NCBI GenBank assembly: GCA_029244465.1
Contig: JAQWQN010000201.1
Location: 1 to 33,796 of the forward strand
Reading direction: 5' to 3'
From: Pseudomonadales bacterium
Lineage (GTDB): Bacteria > Pseudomonadota > Gammaproteobacteria > Pseudomonadales > Azotimanducaceae
Length of the DNA: 33,796 nucleotides
The stretch's first letter is position 1; every line of letters begins with the position of its first letter. Below the pieces are notes generated by a model. The model was given only the letters and a program-made list of their open reading frames with translations. It was not told where the DNA came from and did not search any database. Made by a program: the position numbers and the translations under genes. Below, in pieces: positions 26,372 to 33,796 of this stretch.

Positions 26372-27293
26372 ATGCGTACCCTTAGATCGATCGCTCTTCT
26401 GCTTTTTTAAGCACCCATTTCGTGGCCGCGAGCGCCCAAGATGGCGCTTACCAAGCACCGCGAACCTGGTTCGGCGACCGGAACCAGCATGGGGTCTGGG
26501 CCAACGCGAGCTTTAGCACCCTGGAACGGACAGATCAGTTCGACACGTTTGTGCTGACCCCAGGGCAAGCAGCCGTTCGTGAAGCGGAGCGTAACACCCT
26601 CTATGAGCAGTACGACAAGCCAGAAAAAGTTGACGGCCAGCTACAAAAATCAGGTGATCCGGGGGGTACAACACATTTTCGATGGATGAAGGTAATGTGC
26701 TTGCCCAAGTTGATGGCCCTGAGCTGAGGCCCTTGGGTGAGCGCTGTTTGGTTGGGTTTGGATCCACCGGTGGGCCACCCATGTTGCCGGTGTTCTACAA
26801 CAACAATTATCAGATTGTGCAGAATCGAGACCACGTGTTGATTATGATTGAGATGAACCATGACGTGCGCACGGGAAGATAGAACTCAGAGCATCGGCCT
26901 GCGCATGTGACGAAGTGGTTGGGAGATTCAATCGGTCGGTGGGAAGAAGATACCCCGGTTGTTGAGACAACCAATTTTCATCCAGAACAGAGCTTTCGAG
27001 CAGCGATCAAGTATATTTTTTTCGTCTCGCCGCAGCTGAAGGTGACGGATCGTTTCACCCGCGTTGGCGACGATCGCGTCAAATATCAGTTTGAAATGGA
27101 CGATGCGAATACATATGCGGACGTGTGGCGTGGAGAGCTGCCATTGCGAAAGTCTGATTCGGCGATTTATGAGTATGCGTGTCATGCGGGCAACTATGCG
27201 ATGCCAGGAATTTTGGGGGGCGCGCGGCTGGCAGAGAAGGAAGGTGAGGCGGGTGGCTTTGTCCAGTCTCTCGCGATATGGCTTGCTGACTAG
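26372..27293 (+). pseudogene. disrupted gene for an uncharacterised secreted protein
   Basis: Signal peptide from ATG 26372 is broken at a T-run near 26405. Then PRTWFG...GVW...TLER, a frameshift near 26680, ERC...YNNNYQIVQ, in-frame TAG at 26880-26882, and WLGDSIGRWE.DT.VVETTNF...YEYACH.GNY. Confidence 0.8.
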
Positions 27294-27321
27294 TCATTCA
27301 AGCGCACCTCGATAGATGGCA

Positions 27322-27720
27322 TCAATGAAATAGATCGTCGAGCTTCTTTTTCGCTGTGGCTTCCTGCTCGACCGGTGCGGGTTGGTCGACGCCTGCCTCG
27401 GTGGTGTCAGGGTTAGGCAGTGGGCCTTTGCTAAACAGTGCATCGAGTGCGCCCTTTGCGTCCTCACTTATGCCAACCGTGCTGCCTTCAAACGCCGCCA
27501 ATTGTGGCGAGTAGAAGTCGCAAAAGTTCGCATTTTCTTTCTGTATGGGTGGATCAGCACGATCTTCGAAACACTGCATGGTTTTTTTCGGGTCATAGTG
27601 CTGACAGAGGCGGCAGCAATGCAGTTCGTTGAAGCACTGTCCACACGTTGCGTGACGGGAGATTGGCCGCGGGATGTCTGCTAGGTTTTCGCCACAGTTC
27701 CAACATAGCAGCTCGTTCAC
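27322..27720 (-). CDS. small cysteine-rich putative metal-binding protein
   Basis: CWNC, CGQC, CCRLC plus two more Cys, and a tail with ALDALF/KLDDLF. GTG at 27720 overlaps the nudC stop (GTGA). Confidence 0.8.
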   Translation of the reverse strand: MNELLCWNCGENLADIPRPISRHATCGQCFNELHCCRLCQHYDPKKTMQCFEDRADPPIQKENANFCDFYSPQLAAFEGSTVGISEDAKGALDALFSKGPLPNPDTTEAGVDQPAPVEQEATAKKKLDDLFH

Positions 27721-28616
27721 AGCGACACTTCGCCATCGACCCAACTGCGAATGAGGTGGTGAGCGATCGCCATCGCACCAGGTACACGAAGGTTTGGATT
27801 GTTCTGTTCGATCGCTGTCTTTGCTTCGGCGCGAGAAAACCAGCTGACGTCAGCCATCTCGATCTCATCGATGTGTATATCGGTTGTCGTGGCGATGCCG
27901 TGGCAACCGATCATGAGTTGTGACGGGAATGGCCAGGGTTGCGAGGAGTGGTAGTTGACTTCACCGACCCGGATCCCGGCTTCTTCCCAGACTTCACGTC
28001 GCACCGCTTCTTCCAGCGATTCGCCTTGATCGAGAAAGCCAGCCAGCGCCGAATAGAAATTTGAATCTGCCATCCGGCCTTGTGACTTGCCTAAGAGGCA
28101 TCTGTCACCGCCAGGTTCATCGACGATCAGCATGATCGCCACAGGATCTGTGCGCGGAAATATATGACGCTCACAACGTGTGCAGCGGCGTACCTGCCCG
28201 CCGCGTTCAGGACGACTCGCCCCCCCGCATTGCGCGCAGAAGGGATTGCGTCGATGCCAGTCAAGTTGTGCCCGCGCTTGCGCCACGACGCCGGTGTCCT
28301 CGGTCGCCAACGAAGCCGCAATGGCGCGGCAGTCCGTGAACTCGAGTTCGGATGGTGGGTCGTTGATATCAATTGCAAAGCGAGCAATGCCGTCGTATAG
28401 GCCAAGCAAGATGGTCTGAACCGTATCGAGTTGCGGCAAATCAGATTGCCGCAGCCAATTAAGAGATTCAGATTTTGTCGAGACGTTCAACTTGTGAAAG
28501 GGTAAAAAGAGTGAAGAATCCTGCCCTTGTAGGTCAGCGATCGTCTCCTCGCTGCGGCGCAAGGGTTCCCCTCGATCGTAGGGGTTGCCTGCATACGTGT
28601 GCTTAAACTCAGCCAT
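27717..28616 (-). CDS. nudC: NAD(H) diphosphatase / NAD-cap decapping Nudix hydrolase
   Basis: Zn ribbon CAQC...CTRC, FPRTDPVAI, Nudix box GFLDQGESLEEAVRREVWEEAGI, signature SQPWPFP. Confidence 0.95.
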   Translation of the reverse strand: MAEFKHTYAGNPYDRGEPLRRSEETIADLQGQDSSLFLPFHKLNVSTKSESLNWLRQSDLPQLDTVQTILLGLYDGIARFAIDINDPPSELEFTDCRAIAASLATEDTGVVAQARAQLDWHRRNPFCAQCGGASRPERGGQVRRCTRCERHIFPRTDPVAIMLIVDEPGGDRCLLGKSQGRMADSNFYSALAGFLDQGESLEEAVRREVWEEAGIRVGEVNYHSSQPWPFPSQLMIGCHGIATTTDIHIDEIEMADVSWFSRAEAKTAIEQNNPNLRVPGAMAIAHHLIRSWVDGEVSL

Positions 28617-28809
28617 AAAATTATCCTGTGCTAAGTGCCCATGATAACAAGAGTTGGATTTCTGCTCAGACTGGATTTTCTGTGCAGCAGGACTGAGCCC
28701 AACGAGATGTCATGTGTCTCGCACGGCTTGTGAGAGATCATCAGGGAGAGAAGGGGTAGGGATTGCGGTACACTTGTGGTCGTTTAGTTTTTTTTCGGTG
28801 GGTGTGTAA

Positions 28810-29706
28810 ATGATCGATCGGATTCCCTTTGGTAGGACGGGCCATACGAGCTCACGCGTTTTATTTGGCGCGGCCACGCTAGGCGCGATGAAGCAGGATC
28901 GGGCGGATGCAACGCTCGCGAAACTCGATCATTTTGGGATCAATCACATCGATGTGGCTGCCAGCTACGGTGAGGCGGAACTGCGCTTGGCGCCTTTTCT
29001 AAAGACGCGGCGTGATGACTTTTTTCTGGCAACCAAAACTGGATTGCGGACCAAAGATGAGGCGGCGAAGCAACTTCGTGCGTCCCTGGCACGCATGGAG
29101 GTTGAGCAGATCGACCTCATCCAGATGCATAACCTGACCAAAGAAAGCGAATGGGATATCGCGATGGGTCCGGGTGGCGCGCTTGAGGCCTTGATCGAAG
29201 CACGGGATGAAGGTTTAGTTCGGTTTATCGGCGTGACAGGGCATGGCACGTATGCGCCGGTGATGCACACGCAAAGCCTACAGGCCTTCGAATTCGATTC
29301 GATCCTGACGCCCTATAACTACACCATGATACAAAACCCGCAATACGTGGAGGATTTTGACGCCCTGTATGAGTTGTGTCAGTCGAGGGGTGTAGCGATG
29401 CAAACTATCAAGGCGATTGCGTTGCGTCGGTGGCGTGAGGACGATCCCGAAAAACACTTTAGCTGGTACAAACCAATTCGTGAGCCAGAAGCGCTGAAGC
29501 GCGCTGTGGACTTTGTTCTTTCTCGCCCAGGCTTGTTTTTGAATACAACAAGTGATGCTTCGCTACTGGATTCGGTTTTTACCGCGGCTGACGGGCCAAT
29601 TGAGACGCCAGATCAATTTGCGCTCGCAGCGGATGCAGAAACGTTAGGGATGGAGCCATTGTTTGTGCGAGACGTCTCGGACGACGTCCAGGTTAGTGCG
29701 GGTTAG
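28810..29706 (+). CDS. aldo/keto reductase-fold protein, no signal peptide
   Basis: 298 aa. FGRTG, GINHIDVAASYG, FLATKT, IDLIQMH, GLVRFIGVTGH. Confidence 0.9.
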   Translation: MIDRIPFGRTGHTSSRVLFGAATLGAMKQDRADATLAKLDHFGINHIDVAASYGEAELRLAPFLKTRRDDFFLATKTGLRTKDEAAKQLRASLARMEVEQIDLIQMHNLTKESEWDIAMGPGGALEALIEARDEGLVRFIGVTGHGTYAPVMHTQSLQAFEFDSILTPYNYTMIQNPQYVEDFDALYELCQSRGVAMQTIKAIALRRWREDDPEKHFSWYKPIREPEALKRAVDFVLSRPGLFLNTTSDASLLDSVFTAADGPIETPDQFALAADAETLGMEPLFVRDVSDDVQVSAG

Positions 29707-30542
29707 TTGCCTATTTTGACGACCTGAATTTGGTCGGGGGAGAGCACTTTGTTCAGTGACCCTGACTTGAAACCTGCAAGGTCAAGCGCGACGAAGTTGT
29801 AGCCCGTTGCGCTGATGCGTTCAGAAAGTTCTTGGTGGTGCTCCAAGGCTAGCGGAAAGAGGTGTGGTGGCACTTCCAGTCTCGCCACATCGCCATGATG
29901 GCGCACACGACACTGCTCAAACCCTAAGTCTGTGAGGACATCTTCCGCTGCTTCGACTTGTTCCAGCAGTTCGAGGGTTATTTCAGTGCCATAAGGAAAA
30001 CGGCTAGAAAGACACGCTGCTTGTGGTTTTTCGGCATTCTCCAAGCCAAGTTCGTGGGCCAGAGCACGAATGTCAGCTTTGTTGAACGCGCATTCCGCCA
30101 ATGGTGATCGTACCTCGAAATTGTTCGCAGCCATCAAGCCCGGACGATGATCACCGAGGTCGTCAGTGTTCGTGCCATTGAGCACGACCGCGACAGCTTC
30201 TGTTTGTGCGATCTCGTCTAAGTAGGTGTACAGAGAAGTTTTGCAGTGAAAACAACGGTTTGTCGGGTTGGCGCGATACTCCGGCTTTGATAACTCATCG
30301 GTCACGATGACCTTGTGCTGAATGCCCCAGTCTTGAGCCAGTTTTTTTGTCAGAGCAAGATCGGCGCGTTTCAGGCTGACCGATGCGCTGGTCACTGCGA
30401 GGGCTCGTGCACCAAGAACGTCACCAGCAACGTAGGCCACTAAAGAACTGTCAATACCGCCAGAAAACGCGATGATGGCGCTATCATATTGCTCGATATT
30501 GCTCTTAAGCTCCTGAAATTTAAAGGATAAATTTGAGTTCAT
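29703..30542 (-). CDS. larE: ATP-dependent sulfur transferase for nickel-pincer nucleotide biosynthesis
   Basis: 279 aa. PP-loop AFSGGIDS, NRCFHCK, GTNTDDLGDHRPG, SPL, ACLSSRFPYG, RVRHHG..ARLE, LDLAGFKSGSLN. Confidence 0.93.
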   Translation of the reverse strand: MNSNLSFKFQELKSNIEQYDSAIIAFSGGIDSSLVAYVAGDVLGARALAVTSASVSLKRADLALTKKLAQDWGIQHKVIVTDELSKPEYRANPTNRCFHCKTSLYTYLDEIAQTEAVAVVLNGTNTDDLGDHRPGLMAANNFEVRSPLAECAFNKADIRALAHELGLENAEKPQAACLSSRFPYGTEITLELLEQVEAAEDVLTDLGFEQCRVRHHGDVARLEVPPHLFPLALEHHQELSERISATGYNFVALDLAGFKSGSLNKVLSPDQIQVVKIGN

Positions 30543-30551
30543 CGAGTCATC

Positions 30552-31289
30552 CTACAGCCGATTGATGGAGTTGGCTAGATACCCTGCGCCGAAGCCATTA
30601 TCGATGTTCACCACTGACACGCCAGATGCGCAGCTGGTTAGCATACCGAGTAGCGCGGCGACGCCGTCAAAAGCAGCGCCATAACCTACGCTGGTTGGCA
30701 CTGCGATAACCGGTTTGTCTACTAAACCGCCGACGACACTCGGTAGAGCGCCCTCCATACCGGCGACGACCACCAACACCCGAGCACGACGTAGATCTTC
30801 CAAACGCGCCAATAAGCGATGTAGACCGGCTACGCCGACATCGTATATTCGCTCGACCTCGTTACCGAAAAACTCCGCCGTTAACGCTGCTTCCTCGGCG
30901 ACGGCAATGTCTGAAGTGCCCGCTGTCACCACGGCTATTGGCGTTGCAGGCTTAGGCTTTGGTGCCTGCATGCAGATGAGGATGTGACTTTGAGCGTGAT
31001 AAATGGCGCTTTTTGGCAGGTGTTTCAGGGCGTCATGCTTGTCTGCATCGAGGCGTGTAACAAGAACGTTAGAGCCGTGTTCGAGCATCGCGTTAACGAT
31101 GTCTGAAATTTGCGTCGCTGTTTTGCCTTCACCAAAGATGACTTCTTGAGCACCGGTGCGACGTTCTCGGTCATGGTCTATGACCGTGTGCCCAAGATCT
31201 TCGGTCAGGCTTGTACGAACCGCTGTTGCGGCGGCGTCAAGATCAATGTGCCCCTGTTTGAACTGAGCGAGTACTTCTTCCAGTATCAA
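30552..31289 (-). CDS. larB: NaAD carboxylase/hydrolase for nickel-pincer nucleotide biosynthesis
   Basis: 245 aa. DHDRERRTG..EVIFGEGKT, AGTSDIAVAEEA, DVGVAGLHRL, AGMEGALPSVVGGL, PTSVGYG, SCASGVSVVNIDNGFGA. Confidence 0.95.
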   Translation of the reverse strand: MILEEVLAQFKQGHIDLDAAATAVRTSLTEDLGHTVIDHDRERRTGAQEVIFGEGKTATQISDIVNAMLEHGSNVLVTRLDADKHDALKHLPKSAIYHAQSHILICMQAPKPKPATPIAVVTAGTSDIAVAEEAALTAEFFGNEVERIYDVGVAGLHRLLARLEDLRRARVLVVVAGMEGALPSVVGGLVDKPVIAVPTSVGYGAAFDGVAALLGMLTSCASGVSVVNIDNGFGAGYLANSINRL

Positions 31290-31304
31290 AATAGTTCCTT
31301 ATCG

Positions 31305-32543
31305 CTAAGCCATCTGCTCGGATGACCCTAGCATTCTATGCGTCGGGGCACAGAGCTTGTCGATCTCTATACCGTTCGGGCAAGCGCTTTGGCATGGTGC
31401 TCCGCTGCAGGACAGACAAGCGGATGCATTCGTCTCGAGGAGAGCGTATTCATCCCTAGCAAACTCGACGTCTTGGTAGTCAGTCGCATACATCCGGGTG
31501 CGCAATACATCTGAAATGGGAACACCGTAAGGGCATGCTCCGGAACACAGATTGCAGGCGTGTTTGCAGTAGTTTGCGCCATTGAGGTTAGCGTACTGAT
31601 CGAGAAGTTTTCGTCCTTCAGCAGACACAGTTGATGCGCCTGATGCACCGAGATATTCGTCAATTTGATCTGCGCTCGTCATGGTGATGATGAGCGCATC
31701 GACATCAGGGTTGGAGAGCACCCAAGAGAAGGCCGCCTGTGCGAACGTGGCGCCCCGATTTTCGTATGGTCGCATGTCATTGAGGCGTGCACCCATGAGG
31801 GTTTTCATAGCTACTACACCAATATCTTTAGTTTTGGCTTTCCGGATTGCCCGAGGGAGATCGGGTTGTGTTGCAATCCAATCGATGCCGGACGTCAGTC
31901 CCTCATAGAATTTGGGGTCTTGTCCGAAATTGTACGCAGTGAGTATGACCTCGATCAGATTCTCGTCGATCGCATAGTCCAAGCAATCAATCAGATTACC
32001 AGCATGCCCGGAGATCCCGGTGAAACGGATTTTGCCCTGGCTTCGGGCCCGGTCGACAAACGTCTGCCATTCAGGGTTTGCAACTACGCCGACATCATTG
32101 ACGGCATGGTTCATGTAGATGTCCACATAATCGGTCTGCAAACTTTTGAGCGAGTGCTCTAGATCACGCATGAGCTTGTCAGCCGAAGTGCTCGCGCGCG
32201 TCATAGTTTTAGAAACAAGATAGGCCTTATCTCGCTTTCCTTTAAGGGCACGACCAATGACCTTTTCAGATTGTCCGCCGGTGTAGCCTTCTGCCGTGTC
32301 GATGTAGTTCACGCCGCGGTCTAAGGCATGGTCGATCAAATGTTCTTGCCCTGTGCGCAGTCGCGACGTGCCGAAAGAGATATCCGAAATCATCAGTTCG
32401 GTCCGACCTAGCCGACGGTAACTCTGTACACCTTCGGCACCTTTTTGTTGTGCGAGCTCTCTTGCGGATAGAGCGTTGGTTGTCATCACGCTTGCGGCGC
32501 CCAATAACGCACTGGTCTTTAGGAAATTCCTTCTGTCACTCAT
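31305..32543 (-). CDS. Tat-exported aldo/keto reductase-fold protein with C-terminal ferredoxin-like Fe-S domain
   Basis: N-terminal DRRNFLK twin-arginine signal. YRRLGRT, YIDTAEGY, LVSK, SLKSLQTDYVD, GISGH, AMK. CKHACNLCSGACP and CLSCSGAPCQSACP. Confidence 0.92.
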   Translation of the reverse strand: MSDRRNFLKTSALLGAASVMTTNALSARELAQQKGAEGVQSYRRLGRTELMISDISFGTSRLRTGQEHLIDHALDRGVNYIDTAEGYTGGQSEKVIGRALKGKRDKAYLVSKTMTRASTSADKLMRDLEHSLKSLQTDYVDIYMNHAVNDVGVVANPEWQTFVDRARSQGKIRFTGISGHAGNLIDCLDYAIDENLIEVILTAYNFGQDPKFYEGLTSGIDWIATQPDLPRAIRKAKTKDIGVVAMKTLMGARLNDMRPYENRGATFAQAAFSWVLSNPDVDALIITMTSADQIDEYLGASGASTVSAEGRKLLDQYANLNGANYCKHACNLCSGACPYGVPISDVLRTRMYATDYQDVEFARDEYALLETNASACLSCSGAPCQSACPNGIEIDKLCAPTHRMLGSSEQMA

Positions 32544-32583
32544 CTTATGCCGCCCTGCGTTCTTATCAGAGGTTAGTCAGCCG

Positions 32584-33771
32584 TTAGATTGCTTCGAATA
32601 GGCCCGCCGCGCCCATACCTTTGCCAATGCACATCGAGACGATGCCGTATTTTTGATTTCTGCGCTGAAGTTCTCGCAGTAGACCACCGGTTAACCTTGC
32701 GCCTGTCATACCAAAGGGGTGACCGATGGCAATGGAACCGCCGTTGACGTTGTACTTCTGATTGTCTATTCCCAGCCTGTCACGACAATACAGACATTGG
32801 CTAGCGAACGCCTCGTTGAGTTCCACCAGGTCGATGTCATCGAGCGTAAGGCCTGTGTAGTCCAACAGTTTCGGAATAGCAAAGACGGGGCCGATGCCCA
32901 TTTCGTCTGGTTCGCAACCGGCAACGGTAAAACCACGAAAGTAGCCCATCGGTTCCAAGCCGAGTTGTTCAGCTTTCTTCTCCGTCATGAGCAAAGCCAT
33001 CGCTGCGCCATCCGAAAGTTGTGAGGCGTTGCCAGCGGTGACGCTGCCGCCTTCTTCGAACGCTGGGTCTAAGCTTTGTAATGCCTCGATCGTGGTACTG
33101 GGTCGATTGCATTCATCGCGATCGACGACGCCGGAGACGATCTCGGTTTCTTTTGTGGCCTTGTCGATGACCTTGCGCCATTGCACATTCATCGGAGCGA
33201 TTTCCTCGGCGATGAAGCCTGCTTCGTTGGCTTTCGCGTAACGTTGCTGAGATTGCAATGCATACTGATCTTGAGCATCACGCGTGACTTGGTATCGACG
33301 GGCGACGACCTCAGCCGTATTGCCCATGGCCATAAACATGTCCGGCATTGCTTCGGTGAGACGTGCATTTTCCTCATATTCAGCAGGTTTGCCGCGGTCT
33401 AGACCTGTGATGGATTCAACGCCACCAGCCATCATCACTTCTGCGCACCCGGAGTTGATTTGAGTCGCTGCGAAAGCAATAGAATTTAGTCCAGATGAAC
33501 AGGCACGGCTGATTGTCGTTGCCGGAACCGTGATGGGTAGATTAGATAGAGCGACGGCGTGGCGTGCCACGTTCGCCGATTGCTCACCGACCTGTCGGCC
33601 GCAGCCGAGAATGACATCTTCGATGACACCCGGATCAACACCTGGATTGCGCTCCAAAAGCGCATTTATGCAGTGCGCGACCAAGTCATCTGAGCGCGTT
33701 AAGTTGAATGTTCCCCTGTGGGCCTTAGCTAGACCAGTGCGGATAACGTCAACAATGACAACTTTGTCCAT
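32584..33771 (-). CDS. acetyl-CoA C-acyltransferase (thiolase)
   Basis: 395 aa. RACSSG (active Cys), GGVES, TAGNASQLSDGA, NEAFA, GHPFG.TG, MCIG.GMG. GGAG RBS. Confidence 0.95.
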   Translation of the reverse strand: MDKVVIVDVIRTGLAKAHRGTFNLTRSDDLVAHCINALLERNPGVDPGVIEDVILGCGRQVGEQSANVARHAVALSNLPITVPATTISRACSSGLNSIAFAATQINSGCAEVMMAGGVESITGLDRGKPAEYEENARLTEAMPDMFMAMGNTAEVVARRYQVTRDAQDQYALQSQQRYAKANEAGFIAEEIAPMNVQWRKVIDKATKETEIVSGVVDRDECNRPSTTIEALQSLDPAFEEGGSVTAGNASQLSDGAAMALLMTEKKAEQLGLEPMGYFRGFTVAGCEPDEMGIGPVFAIPKLLDYTGLTLDDIDLVELNEAFASQCLYCRDRLGIDNQKYNVNGGSIAIGHPFGMTGARLTGGLLRELQRRNQKYGIVSMCIGKGMGAAGLFEAI

Positions 33772-33796
33772 TAACTCTCTCCCCCAATTGTGTTCG

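Noticed and set aside
24894-26882. In-frame TAA and TAG as stop-codon reassignment or read-through
   Set aside because: Two different stop codons are involved, both are used as normal stops across the window, and the second gene also has frameshifts.
179-33402. Numerous 60-190 aa ORFs nested in or antisense to the called genes (e.g. 9209-9742, 18484-19056, 31665-32162)
   Set aside because: Shadow ORFs of well-supported genes, with no motifs or independent evidence.

Overview
Gene-dense bacterial chromosomal window, roughly 50-55% GC by eye. The gene content is compatible with an aquatic Gammaproteobacterium, but that is only an inference. It holds about 29 intact CDSs: DNA repair (Lhr helicase, SRAP/YedK, YcaQ-like glycosylase), acyl-CoA metabolism (CoA transferase-like protein, acyl-CoA dehydrogenase, thiolase), ptrB, ggt, a sulfurtransferase, hsp20, a K+ channel, acnA and nudC. 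It also holds three apparent pseudogenes (SDR, HAD hydrolase, an uncharacterised secreted protein). I saw no rRNA, tRNA, CRISPR array or mobile element. The most interesting part is the right end. The nickel-pincer nucleotide (NPN) biosynthesis genes larB and larE are in an apparent operon with a Tat-exported aldo/keto-reductase (AKR)-fold protein carrying two ferredoxin-like Cys motifs, and a second AKR converges on larE. No larA or larC is in the window. Both AKRs share non-canonical G-[IV]-[ST]-G-H and x-[MI]-K motifs, suggesting a LarA-independent, NPN-using and partly periplasmic redox system. All product calls come from motif recognition; no database search was run.
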